64,000 nucleotides of DNA from a virus (lineage: Duplodnaviria > Heunggongvirae > Uroviricota > Caudoviricetes), in IMG/VR virus record IMGVR_UViG_3300045988_156427. The stretch is one strand, 5' to 3'. The position numbers and the translations under genes were made by a program. The stretch's first letter is position 1. The number at the start of each line of letters is the position of its first letter. Positions 1 through 9,465 of the stretch are shown here, piece by piece. The notes under the pieces are model-generated. The model did no database searches and was not told the DNA's origin. It saw nothing but the letters and a program-made list of their open reading frames with translations.

Positions 1-160
1 TAAGGCCTTTGAATAAGACAAAAGGCTGCCTCATCGCTAACTTTGCAACAGTGCCTTCAGAAGAAAATGCTGCTCCGTTACATTTCAGCCACCCCGTTGG
101 CGGTGTTTCTAAGGGCCACGGAACGGGCACGCCAACGGGCAATGCTGAGCCTTCCCCCAA
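1..160 (-). other. Partial tail-fibre cassette running off the window edge; first ~35 codons shared with the two complete cassettes, then diverges (possibly degenerate)
   Basis: Minus-strand frame open from TTG at 158-160 to position 1; codons 1-35 near-identical to ORFs 171-599 and 610-1077, remainder unrelated. Confidence 0.3.
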
Positions 161-177
161 ACCAACGTTTTCATGCC
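56..177. repeat. Tail-fibre cassette boundary repeat R1 with embedded invertase crossover-like site TTCCCCCAAACC-AA-CGTTTTCATGCC (152-177)
   Basis: About 115 bp near-identical to 498-616 and 976-1094; core resembles hix/gix/cix AAACCNNGGTTTT sites. Confidence 0.6.
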
Positions 178-599
178 GCCCTTACGATATAATTAAACGC
201 AATGTTACGAGGACGAATGGTTACATAATTAACCCCATCACCTCGTGAAGGCCCTGCAAATGAAAAACGGGAAAATCCAGGTTGGTTAGAAACAATTTGG
301 TCATAGTTATTGATTGAATGACCAGACCCAATGTCGAAATTACCTCCGTAATGAGAAAAACTTGTACCATCCTGCCCTGAAAGCAGGGTACGTCCCGCAT
401 CAATCCCGCGCCCATCATCCCAGCCACGGATAAATTCACCGCGTAAATCCGGTAATTTATTGGTGGGGTAGGCTTTTGCCAGTTTGGGATACATTTCAGA
501 AGAAAATGCTGCACCATTGCATTTTAGCCAGCCCGTTGGTGGTGTTTCTAAGGGCCACGGAACGGGCACACCAACAGGCAGTGCAGAGCCTTCCCCCAA
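171..599 (-). CDS. Tail-fibre C-terminal variable cassette (receptor-binding region)
   Basis: 142-aa ORF, TTG start at the crossover-like site; motif GWLKCNGAAFS...LPDLRGEFIRGWDDGRGID typical of tail-fibre C-termini; stop lies inside next repeat. Confidence 0.65.
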   Translation of the reverse strand: MGEGSALPVGVPVPWPLETPPTGWLKCNGAAFSSEMYPKLAKAYPTNKLPDLRGEFIRGWDDGRGIDAGRTLLSGQDGTSFSHYGGNFDIGSGHSINNYDQIVSNQPGFSRFSFAGPSRGDGVNYVTIRPRNIAFNYIVRAA

Positions 600-616
600 A
601 CCAACGTTTTTATGCC
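498..616. repeat. Tail-fibre cassette boundary repeat R2 with crossover-like site 591-616
   Basis: Direct repeat of R1/R3; homology with R1 extends to about 655. Confidence 0.6.
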
Positions 617-1077
617 GCCCTTACGATGTAATTAAATGCAATATTACGGGGGCGGGTTTCAGATGCTGTACGAACTGAGCGAGAGGCGTCGAATGTCCAG
701 TTATAAGAGCCATAACCCTCAATAATTTCCGTTTCCTTTAGGCCTGTAGATAATACTTGACCATGTTGACTAAATGGCCCTGAACTAAGTACATCTCTAA
801 AAAGCTGAGTACGCCCGAAAGAACCAACAATATTCTGAATTGCATCATTCTGTGCAGATAATAAATTACGGCCAGAGTCAATCCCCCGCCCGTCATCCCA
901 GCCGCGAATAAATTCGCCCCGTAGATCCGGCAATTTATTAGTAGGGTAAACCTTTGCCAGATTTGGGTACTTTTCAGAAGAAAATGCTGCACCATTGCAT
1001 TTCAGCCACCCCGTTGGCGGTGTGGCTGAGGGCCATGGAACAGGTACACCAACGGGCAGTGCCGAGCCTTCCCCCAA
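610..1077 (-). CDS. Tail-fibre C-terminal variable cassette (receptor-binding region)
   Basis: 155-aa ORF paralogous to 171-599: conserved N-terminal 35 aa and C-terminal RPRNIAFNYIVRAA, variable middle. Confidence 0.65.
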   Translation of the reverse strand: MGEGSALPVGVPVPWPSATPPTGWLKCNGAAFSSEKYPNLAKVYPTNKLPDLRGEFIRGWDDGRGIDSGRNLLSAQNDAIQNIVGSFGRTQLFRDVLSSGPFSQHGQVLSTGLKETEIIEGYGSYNWTFDASRSVRTASETRPRNIAFNYIVRAA

Positions 1078-1094
1078 ACCAACGTTTTAGTCTT
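976..1094. repeat. Tail-fibre cassette boundary repeat R3 with crossover-like site 1069-1094, adjacent to the invertase gene
   Basis: Direct repeat of R1/R2; sits about 55 bp upstream of the invertase start. Confidence 0.6.
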
Positions 1095-1148
1095 AATCCC
1101 TACCTATACCAACGATGTATTTTTAACTAAACAAAGAGGTTGTTTTTC

Positions 1149-1721
1149 ATGCAAATTGGCTACATTCGTGTGTCAACAAATGACCAAAACACAGATTTAC
1201 AAAGAAATGCACTGAACTGCGCAGGATGTGAACTGATTTTTGAAGATAAAATAAGCGGAACAAAGTCAGCCAGACCAGGCTTGAAAAAGCTGCTCAGAAC
1301 GTTATCAGAAGGAGATACGCTGGTTGTCTGGAAGCTGGATAGGCTTGGCAGAAGTATGAAACACCTTATCACGCTTATAGAGGAGTTGCGGGAAAAAGGT
1401 GTTAATTTCCGTAGTCTGACAGACAGTATTGACACATCAACACCCATGGGGCGTTTCTTTTTTCATGTCATGGGTGCTTTAGCAGAAATGGAACGTGAAT
1501 TAATTGTTGAGAGAACACTGGCCGGACTGGCAGCTGCACGCGAACAGGGACGCATTGGCGGACGTCGCCCGAAGTTGACAAAAGAACAACATGAGCAAAT
1601 AGCGAGGTTGATCGAAAATGGCTACAGCAGGAAACAGTTGGCAATTATTTACGATATCGGTGTATCGACGATTTATCGTTATCATCCTGTAGAGAAGCGC
1701 CAAACTCAATCTGAGCTGTAA
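1149..1721 (+). CDS. cin: Serine DNA invertase of the Cin/Gin/Hin/Min family
   Basis: MQIGYIRVSTNDQNTDLQRNAL... resolvase N-terminus with catalytic Ser, C-terminal HTH; ATG at 1149 with AGAGG RBS (track start 1140 is TTG). Confidence 0.9.
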   Translation: MQIGYIRVSTNDQNTDLQRNALNCAGCELIFEDKISGTKSARPGLKKLLRTLSEGDTLVVWKLDRLGRSMKHLITLIEELREKGVNFRSLTDSIDTSTPMGRFFFHVMGALAEMERELIVERTLAGLAAAREQGRIGGRRPKLTKEQHEQIARLIENGYSRKQLAIIYDIGVSTIYRYHPVEKRQTQSEL

Positions 1722-2156
1722 TTCTAATGCCGCGTCGGTGTAATTTATCTTGATAGAATAGGTACATTTATCGCGCGGCACATCAATTCGATGTATCTAG
1801 CGCCTGCTGACCGCTAATGAAAACTGTTCTCGAAATGTTGTCCCTAGTCCGAGACTAGGGTATCACCTCTGGAAAGCATACGCAGAACCTTTTTTAACCC
1901 AGGGTGCCCAGCCTTTTTGCTGCTCGCCTTATTCGCAAAAATTAGCTCACATCCTGCGCTTTCAAGTGCTTTTCACTGCATAGCTGTGTTTTGTTCATTT
2001 GTCTATATGCGTACATAGCCTATTAGCATATTTTTTGCCCACTATCGTTATTTATTGCAAGCCACAGGTTTTAATTAACAAAACCAGTGTGTGTGGAAAT
2101 CACAAAGTGCATACCGTTCTCAAATGTTGTTCAACTTACTGTTGTATAGGTAAAAA

Positions 2157-2420
2157 ATGACATTTTATGTACATATCGTGATGTTATCCCTTCTTGGTGG
2201 GGTGTATTCGTATTTGAGTGGGCTATGTGAAAACCGTTACGAGTCTTCATGCAAGAAATTGCTGGCCGAATGTATTTCCGCCGTACTTGCTGGCTTTATT
2301 GGCATGTATCTCGCGGAATATAAGGACATGAATGAAAGCCTTCAGAGCTGCATGGTTCTTATTTTCAGCGCCAATAGCAGGCTTATTATTGAAGGTTCCA
2401 AAAGTCGGTTGAATAGGTAA
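2157..2420 (+). CDS. Small membrane protein, possible lysis-cluster (holin-like) protein
   Basis: 87 aa, hydrophobic segments, directly upstream of lydA. Confidence 0.4.
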   Translation: MTFYVHIVMLSLLGGVYSYLSGLCENRYESSCKKLLAECISAVLAGFIGMYLAEYKDMNESLQSCMVLIFSANSRLIIEGSKSRLNR

Positions 2421-2494
2421 GTCTCTTATGCAACATAACCGGTTGAGAAGTTACTTTGCATACCATTACCTCCTGACAACGTAGGAGGGAACTT

Positions 2495-2824
2495 GTGCTT
2501 GACACACAGGAATTAGCTCCAGTTGCTATTGCGCTCCTGCTTTCAGTAATTGGTGGGATAGGCACGTTCCTGATGGATGTCCGAGACGGTCGCCAGTCTG
2601 GCAATTTGTTGGGATTGGTTACGGAGATCTTTGTTGCAGTGACAGCTGGCGCGGTGGCGTACCTATTGGGGCAACACGAGGGCTGGGAGTTATCAATTAC
2701 GTACTTAATGGTAACGATAGCCAGCAATAACGGTCATGAGGTGATTTCAGGGATGAAACGAGTGAATATCGATAGCATTCTGAATGTTCTTACAAGTTTG
2801 GTGAAAAAGGGAGGCGGGAAATGA
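2495..2824 (+). CDS. lydA: Holin LydA
   Basis: 109 aa, two or three TM segments, GTG start after AGGAGGG RBS; first gene of the lyd-dar operon by synteny. Confidence 0.6.
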   Translation: MLDTQELAPVAIALLLSVIGGIGTFLMDVRDGRQSGNLLGLVTEIFVAVTAGAVAYLLGQHEGWELSITYLMVTIASNNGHEVISGMKRVNIDSILNVLTSLVKKGGGK

Positions 2825-3264
2825 TTGGCTGGGGTGTATGCGTTCTTGCGTTAGCCTTAGCCGATCGCTATTTGCTAAAACGCAAGGACATCACGCATTT
2901 AGAACTTGGTGATGTGGAAATTAAACCGGGTTTCATCCGGGTGCCGTTCAAATACCGGTCTAAATTCCCGTTTTTGCGCGGCGCAACGGTCAGATATTGG
3001 ATCCGCGATGTTCAGAAGCCGACGACAGTGATTGAAGGCGAACAACGTTGTTTGACGTCGGCTGAACAGGGCGAAAACAGTGAATGGTTGTACATACCCA
3101 CTGAATATATGGGTAAAGGAGAGCGACTGTGGCATTTCAACGTCATGGTTACGCATGGCGACTCGTTCATTAACCCGTTGTATCGGATTTTCCCTGTTAC
3201 TCAGCAAATCCGCAGAAGTTACGTAATAAATCTCGCACAGGATGTGTCAGATGACGAAAAATAA
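2821..3264 (+). CDS. lydB: Antiholin-like LydB
   Basis: 147 aa, ATGA start/stop overlap with lydA; synteny. Confidence 0.5.
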   Translation: MIGWGVCVLALALADRYLLKRKDITHLELGDVEIKPGFIRVPFKYRSKFPFLRGATVRYWIRDVQKPTTVIEGEQRCLTSAEQGENSEWLYIPTEYMGKGERLWHFNVMVTHGDSFINPLYRIFPVTQQIRRSYVINLAQDVSDDEK

Positions 3265-3853
3265 GTATGCAACGGTCGATTTTGACCAGGTTAATGAAAA
3301 GGGGCTGAAATCCCTTATCGCGGCGATCAATAAAACCGGTGTTACGGTAATTGAGGTTGACTCCAGCAACCGCGCAACAACGAAAGATGGCGTTAAAGTT
3401 AAAACCGCAAAGCTGGTTCTTAACGACGGACAAATTCTTGCCATACAGGTAAACGATACTGGCGATATATCGTCTGTGAGGCTGAATGGAAAAGCTATTC
3501 CTAACGCTCAGTCGCCGGATATCAAGACGCTTGGTACCGTCATGGGGCAAGCGGCCCGCAAAAACTCCGCAAAATTCCAGAAATCACTGATCGCCAAAGC
3601 GAAACGTGTTGCCAATCCGGTAGACAAGAAACCGGCAGTAAAATCCAACTTTCAGCGCCTGCAAGAGGCAAAACAGCGGAATGCTCAGGTGGTTGCCGCT
3701 TATAAATCAGCGCAGAACTCGGTGTCTTTCAATCAACAGCAGATCACTGATTTGCGGGCGAAGCTGGATAAGGAGACAGGCCGACTCAATAACGAAAAGG
3801 CCCGAAATGGCGAACTCAAACGCCGTCTTAAGCAACTGAAAGCAGGAAATTAA
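3251..3853 (+). CDS. hdf: Hdf, head-associated Dar-operon protein
   Basis: About 200 aa, coiled-coil C-terminus; start moved to ATG 3251 with AGGA RBS; synteny upstream of darA. Confidence 0.5.
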   Translation: MTKNKYATVDFDQVNEKGLKSLIAAINKTGVTVIEVDSSNRATTKDGVKVKTAKLVLNDGQILAIQVNDTGDISSVRLNGKAIPNAQSPDIKTLGTVMGQAARKNSAKFQKSLIAKAKRVANPVDKKPAVKSNFQRLQEAKQRNAQVVAAYKSAQNSVSFNQQQITDLRAKLDKETGRLNNEKARNGELKRRLKQLKAGN

Positions 3854-3854
3854 C

Positions 3855-5774
3855 ATGGAACAGTTCAATATCAATAAAGGGGTGACGATCAAGCCTGGGC
3901 TTGACGTGCTTCCCCCGCCAGTGACTGATGATGAATATCGCGCATTAATGGCCGGTGAGGACCGCTATCTGATGACGGAATCCAACACCCTGGAAGAAAT
4001 CGAGGCTACGTTCTTCTATGACACGCCGATCCACTGGTGTGCTACGGATTTACTGGAGGCGATTAGTTCTACTCGTTTGCAGCTACACCGGACCATGCAG
4101 GCATTTGTCCGGGCATTGAACCAGAAGCTGAATGGTACCGGAATCTCTGCGGGGAGTGATAAAACGGGGGATGTGGCCCAGAACGGTGCACGCGCGATCG
4201 GCGGGGCTGAAATTGGCCGGGCACGTAACGTTAACGGGCTGCCGGTTCTGCCAGCCATTATTCCGCTCAGTGATGGTCAGACTATCAGCATTCTGTTTCA
4301 TAGCCCGACAGCGGAAAACCGGATCACCAATAGCGATACGCTGATTGCTTTCCAGTTCTTACTGAATAAAAAAGACGTTACTCATACCGTTGCTCCGATG
4401 AGTGGACGTGATATGACGCTGGCGCAGGTCACCATGAAACTTGCCAACCTTGCAGAGAAAAACTCGGCAAAATTCCAGCGTGCGCAGAAGAAGAAAAAAG
4501 CCCTGGTTGATGAAATAACCCAACTACAGGCTGACAGTGACCAGAAAGAGGATGCCATGAGCGACCTCGCGGATCAGGTGGCAGCGGTAGAAGGGCAGAA
4601 GGTAGATTTGGAGCAGAAAATTAACGCTGTTGCATCGGAAGCGGATTCTCTTTATGAAGAGAATGAGCGTTTGCAGACGGAGATTGATCAGCTCAATCGC
4701 ACTGGTGGGCGCGAAACCATTGCTCCTGCGGGGATGACTGGTGGACACTCTCGCGCGATGACGGATCGCCTTGCAAGTATCAAAAATCGTATGCATATGA
4801 ACGGGGAAGTGACGCTCAGTAATGGTGCATCAATGAAGCAATTCATTGAGGACGGTGAAGGGTATATCCAGTTAACCGATTCGGATGGCAGCGTGTACAT
4901 GATCAAGGCTAAATCCATACAGGGCGTGGACATGGCAGATGCGATCGGCAAGCTGTTTAAAGCCTATAAAGCGGGTAATGTATCGGAATACCTGGTCCAA
5001 ACAGAAGAACATAAACCGGAAAAGGTCGAACCTGAACCAGCGGAGGATACCGGTAGCTCTTCGCCTGAACCAGAAGTCTCTGTAGGTGCATATCGATATG
5101 CCCTGCAAATGCGTCCGGCGGCCCCTGGCGCAATACCTGAAAGTAACAAAGCAATTCTGCCGCGCCCTGATGAAGGTGACCCGTATTATGAATATGCACG
5201 CTACGGCATTGCTACTTACGATACCCCGATTTCTGATCAGCAAATGAGTGAGTACGACCTGAAGTTATTGCCTCGCGAGGATTCTTTCGACTTCCTGGCG
5301 AAGACACTTACTAATGGTCCGTTTGGCAAATATGCACAAAAAGCTCTGGAGCTGGCCACCAGCTCACCAGACGAGTTCCGCGTAATGCTGAAAACTCAGT
5401 TTCAAAAAACTTTCCCCAATATTGCGTTTCCTGGGGGCGCTGGCACCGAGAAAATGGTGCAGAGCATGATCAATGCATTGCAGGCCGAAGTCGGTGAGAT
5501 TACTCAGCCAGAACCGGCCCCGGCACAGCCTGATGAAACGGTTAGCGAAGCAGATGCAGAGGCTAATAAAGCCATTGAATATCTCAATAACGTGATGGAT
5601 ATGCAAAGCACTGACATGGCGGAGATCCGTAACGCTCGGGGCAATGTCCGGGAAGCGATTGCAGCCCTTCAGGCTGCCGGACGTTTTGAGGAAAACGAAG
5701 AGCTGGTTAACGGCGCAGCTCGCCACCTGGCTGATCTGTTGGTAGCAATCCAGAAAGCGGGGGTAGCGGCATGA
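3855..5774 (+). CDS. darA: DarA, virion-packaged anti-restriction protein
   Basis: 639 aa; position and size match the P1 dar operon. Confidence 0.7.
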   Translation: MEQFNINKGVTIKPGLDVLPPPVTDDEYRALMAGEDRYLMTESNTLEEIEATFFYDTPIHWCATDLLEAISSTRLQLHRTMQAFVRALNQKLNGTGISAGSDKTGDVAQNGARAIGGAEIGRARNVNGLPVLPAIIPLSDGQTISILFHSPTAENRITNSDTLIAFQFLLNKKDVTHTVAPMSGRDMTLAQVTMKLANLAEKNSAKFQRAQKKKKALVDEITQLQADSDQKEDAMSDLADQVAAVEGQKVDLEQKINAVASEADSLYEENERLQTEIDQLNRTGGRETIAPAGMTGGHSRAMTDRLASIKNRMHMNGEVTLSNGASMKQFIEDGEGYIQLTDSDGSVYMIKAKSIQGVDMADAIGKLFKAYKAGNVSEYLVQTEEHKPEKVEPEPAEDTGSSSPEPEVSVGAYRYALQMRPAAPGAIPESNKAILPRPDEGDPYYEYARYGIATYDTPISDQQMSEYDLKLLPREDSFDFLAKTLTNGPFGKYAQKALELATSSPDEFRVMLKTQFQKTFPNIAFPGGAGTEKMVQSMINALQAEVGEITQPEPAPAQPDETVSEADAEANKAIEYLNNVMDMQSTDMAEIRNARGNVREAIAALQAAGRFEENEELVNGAARHLADLLVAIQKAGVAA

Positions 5775-6136
5775 CACTATCAGCTATTGAGTTAATGGAT
5801 CTCAGCGATAAGTTGGATGCTCTGATGTCCAAAGCGGCTACCGCGAGTGGCATGGAGTTGCTGGATATCAGCGATGAAATTGACCAGATCATGCAACAGA
5901 TGGGGTACGGTGTGTCCGGCGGCAGTAGTGGCGAGGAAAAACAACCTTCGGTACATGATGGTGTGCCAAAACTGGTTGCTGATTTCCTGGCTGATAAATT
6001 CGTCGATCAGAGCACCGATGCATTTATCGGTACCTTGCAGGATTTGAGTCAATATGTTGGCACATACATCGACCTGGACCAGGTTAAACAGCACACGGCG
6101 GCATGGATAGCCGCCAACATTAAAGAGGCAGCATAA
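5771..6136 (+). CDS. ddrA: DdrA, small acidic Dar-operon protein
   Basis: 121 aa, ATGA overlap with darA stop; synteny. Confidence 0.5.
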   Translation: MTLSAIELMDLSDKLDALMSKAATASGMELLDISDEIDQIMQQMGYGVSGGSSGEEKQPSVHDGVPKLVADFLADKFVDQSTDAFIGTLQDLSQYVGTYIDLDQVKQHTAAWIAANIKEAA

Positions 6137-6148
6137 GGCGTAACAGGG

Positions 6149-9136
6149 ATGAGCTTAAGCGATCAGGTGGTGATGGCCACCAGCATAGAAACGCTGATCG
6201 AGCTGCTAAAAAACCTGCCCGATTACGGGCGGGTTTCGTATGTGGTGACAGCGAAGGGAGACGAGGTAAAAACAGCGTTTGATATCGTCGATGCCTCAGC
6301 TCTTTTGGTATCCAATACTCTGGATGGGAAAATTAATCCAGACTATCCCCAGGAACTTCAGCCGCGCGACCGGACCCGCGCATCCAGCCTTCTTCAGGTC
6401 AACCAGATATCCAAGGATTTGCGTCCTGCCCAGCTTACCGATTCCGGTTTATCCAGCCATGGCGCGCCGATAATTGGTGAGGACAATGCCATTGAGTCAG
6501 GTAATGGACGGACCATGGGGATCATCAAAGCCTATCAGGACGGCAATGCGGATCGGTATCGTGAGTACCTGATTGAACATGCGACCGAATTCGGAATACG
6601 ACCTGAAAAGGTTGAATCAATGACGGCTCCGGTACTGGTGCGCCGCCGGTTAACGAAGGTTGACCGTGTTCAGTTTGCCAAGGACTCAAATATTTCTGAT
6701 CTCCAGGAAATGGCAGCCAGTGAAAAGGCTTTTGTTGATGCCGACAGCATAACTCCGGCGATGATGGCGCTGTTTAACCCATCAGAAAGCGGAGATCTGC
6801 TTAGCCGCAGTAATGACGCGTTTATTCGCGGGTTCATGACGCAAGTTGGTGCCACACAGGCTGCTGGCCTTGTAACGGAAGATGGGCGACCAACACGGCA
6901 ACTTGTTGACCGTATACAAAACGCGATCTTTGCCAAGGCATATAAGGATGCGCGCCTGGTAAGAATGGTTGCAGAAGAACCTGATCCGGATATGCGTAAT
7001 GTTCTGACGGCGCTTAATGCGGCAGCCAATGATTTTGTCCAGATGCAGGCTTTATCAGGAGAAGCGCACAAGCAGGCTGTGACAACTATTGTTGATGGTA
7101 TTGAGACAGCGGATAGTCTCGATAAAAAGGCGCTGGCGGCATTGAAAGATGCGGTAGACCTGGTAAGGCAATCGAAGGAGTCAGGCCAACATATTACCGA
7201 TGTTATTGCTCAGGGGGATATGTTCAGCGAAACAGCCCCGGAAGTGAAAGCTCTCGCGTTGTTCATCGTCGCGAATAACCGTAGCGCGAAGCGTATGGCC
7301 ACCGCCTTTAAGTTGATGGCTCAACGTATCAATGATGAGTTACAGCACCAGGGCCAGGCTCTGGGGGATATGTTTGGCGGCGGCGATGTGTCGTTACAGG
7401 ATATCCTTCGCCAGGTGTCTCAGGAACTGGAAAACGAAGGCATGCAAGGGATATCCGGCGGTCTTTTCGAGTCCGTTTCCGGCGGTAGTTACAACGGTGT
7501 TGCTCCGTATACCAGTTTGCTATTACATCGGGCATCCGGCATCAAAGACATTATTCATCTGATCAGGCTGCTTTCCCGCACAGATCCCCAGGATGAACAG
7601 CTTGTACAAGTGCTTGCGCATTTTGTTCGAATGCCTGTTGCCGACGTGAAAAAATGGTGCCGATTATTCGGTATCAGCAATTCGTTACTTCGCGGCTTGT
7701 TAAATCACGCATCCTCCCTTGGGCGCGATGGCTTTGACGAGATAGCGCAGGCGATAAAAAACGGAGATATGCCACCAGCTATTGACTGGTTTTCCATTCG
7801 CCCAACCAGGGTGAAAGCATTCCTTAGCGCGGCGCATTCGGCATCACCATTGGCAGAAATGGTTCAGAGGTTGTCGCTCATATTCACAGACCATACCGCG
7901 TTGGGTGATCTGACTCTGGACGAGATGAAAGAAGCCTCCATTCAGTGGGCCGATCAACAAAATGAGGTTAACTCAGACTTCTTGCCAGCATTCAGGAAGG
8001 CCGTTAGTAAAGCGGATGATGCCCGTGGAATTCTGAAGGCATTTAAGGCATTGCAAAGTCGTGTTAATAAACATGTCGGTGATATCGATGGGGTAACGGC
8101 GGAAGGCCGGGATATCCTTAAAGAGCACGGCATAACGCCAGAGTTTATTGATGAGATCAGGACTGATATGCAGCGTGAGGTCGTATCGTCCCTGCAAATC
8201 GTAGTCAGAGCGTTGGCGGATGCTAATCCGAAGAGTGCGGCCATTGTTAACCGGGTTATTGGTGATATTGAAGCATCGGAGGGCATGGGGGCGCTGAAAC
8301 TCTTCCTGTCGCGAGCGTTTAATCCTAACGGCAATATTCTCCCTGGCATTATTGGTGAGGCTAAAAAGTATGTCAGTGAAGAAGAACTTGAGCAGCTTGA
8401 CCAACTACTTAAGCGATTCTCATATAACCCGCAGACACGCTGGCAAATGAATCAGCGAAGTATGGGTTCGGTCCACGAGAAAGTGTTATCTGCCATGAAC
8501 AGTGCGATCGCAAACTCATCCGTATCTGAAGAAAAAGCTCTTGAGTGGGCCGACTCTTTTATCACGGAAGAAGTGGAAGAAGCCCGCGCTGGACAGAATG
8601 GTGGGATAGACCTGCGCAAGGAACTTGCTGATATTTATCGCCTGACCGGCGGGAAAATATCGACCTTATCAAAAGTGGTTCACCACCAGGGAAGGGCATA
8701 TGCAAATCTAAATGGTGTTGTTGCTGTCAATTTGAACGATGAAAATGCAAGTGCACTGTGGCACGAGCTGGGTCATCATCTTGAGTACAGTAACCCTGGT
8801 TTGTTAGAGAAAGCCCGGTCATTCCTGAAGGCCAATGTTGAAGGGGATAAGCCATCTTTCGTCAATATCGGTGGGCGTGGCAAGCCTGAATGGTGCTTCA
8901 GATCTCGATTGAGTAATATTTATATGGCGAAGGTATACCCGCCAGCCTCAGTAAGTAACACCGGGAAAATTCGGCAGAAATCACCGACTATTTCCAAAAC
9001 GTCAGCAACGGAAGTATTCTCTATGGCTCTTCAGTTGTATCATGACAAAGAGGCCGCTGCCGCATCACTGATGAATGGTGACGGATTGCTGGAACTGTTA
9101 TTAGGTGTGGCAAAGGAGCTAAATAATGCAGATTAA
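6149..9136 (+). CDS. ddrB: DdrB, large Dar-operon protein
   Basis: 995 aa; synteny and size. Confidence 0.6.
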   Translation: MSLSDQVVMATSIETLIELLKNLPDYGRVSYVVTAKGDEVKTAFDIVDASALLVSNTLDGKINPDYPQELQPRDRTRASSLLQVNQISKDLRPAQLTDSGLSSHGAPIIGEDNAIESGNGRTMGIIKAYQDGNADRYREYLIEHATEFGIRPEKVESMTAPVLVRRRLTKVDRVQFAKDSNISDLQEMAASEKAFVDADSITPAMMALFNPSESGDLLSRSNDAFIRGFMTQVGATQAAGLVTEDGRPTRQLVDRIQNAIFAKAYKDARLVRMVAEEPDPDMRNVLTALNAAANDFVQMQALSGEAHKQAVTTIVDGIETADSLDKKALAALKDAVDLVRQSKESGQHITDVIAQGDMFSETAPEVKALALFIVANNRSAKRMATAFKLMAQRINDELQHQGQALGDMFGGGDVSLQDILRQVSQELENEGMQGISGGLFESVSGGSYNGVAPYTSLLLHRASGIKDIIHLIRLLSRTDPQDEQLVQVLAHFVRMPVADVKKWCRLFGISNSLLRGLLNHASSLGRDGFDEIAQAIKNGDMPPAIDWFSIRPTRVKAFLSAAHSASPLAEMVQRLSLIFTDHTALGDLTLDEMKEASIQWADQQNEVNSDFLPAFRKAVSKADDARGILKAFKALQSRVNKHVGDIDGVTAEGRDILKEHGITPEFIDEIRTDMQREVVSSLQIVVRALADANPKSAAIVNRVIGDIEASEGMGALKLFLSRAFNPNGNILPGIIGEAKKYVSEEELEQLDQLLKRFSYNPQTRWQMNQRSMGSVHEKVLSAMNSAIANSSVSEEKALEWADSFITEEVEEARAGQNGGIDLRKELADIYRLTGGKISTLSKVVHHQGRAYANLNGVVAVNLNDENASALWHELGHHLEYSNPGLLEKARSFLKANVEGDKPSFVNIGGRGKPEWCFRSRLSNIYMAKVYPPASVSNTGKIRQKSPTISKTSATEVFSMALQLYHDKEAAAASLMNGDGLLELLLGVAKELNNAD

Positions 9137-9434
9137 AATCGCAGCGCCATTAGGCGGAGATGCCATTATCGAATTTGATGATAATGAAGAAGTTTCCGGG
9201 CGTTTAAGCATTATCTCCGGTGACATTACCGAGGACATGATCGCTGAAGCCATAGCTGGGGCAAATCCCAATAGCTATATGGGATTCGTTAACACCCTTG
9301 ATGCTCCCGCAAGTGATGTTCTCCGAACGCTGCATCTTTACGCTGGCTGGTTTGTTGATTGGCCAGCAGTAGATGGTGGCGATGAGGACGACGACGATGA
9401 TTTTGGTGATCATGTAGACCAGATCGTATATTGA
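9126..9434 (+). CDS. Small acidic protein ending in an Asp-rich tail, last gene of the dar operon
   Basis: 102 aa, strong AAGGAG RBS, overlaps ddrB stop. Confidence 0.55.
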   Translation: MQIKIAAPLGGDAIIEFDDNEEVSGRLSIISGDITEDMIAEAIAGANPNSYMGFVNTLDAPASDVLRTLHLYAGWFVDWPAVDGGDEDDDDDFGDHVDQIVY

Positions 9435-9437
9435 AGA

Positions 9438-9462
9438 AATCCCGCCAATCGGCGGGATTTTT
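9438..9462. terminator. Bidirectional intrinsic terminator between convergent operons
   Basis: AAATCCCGCC-AATC-GGCGGGATTT hairpin followed by a T-run, 4 nt after the stop at 9434. Confidence 0.7.
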
Positions 9463-9465
9463 ACC

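Noticed and set aside
9-995. Plus-strand ORFs 9-248 and 484-678, and minus-strand ORFs 221-517 and 738-995
   Set aside because: Shadow frames overlapping the tail-fibre cassettes; the plus-strand pair mirrors the cassette repeats, and none has a motif of its own.
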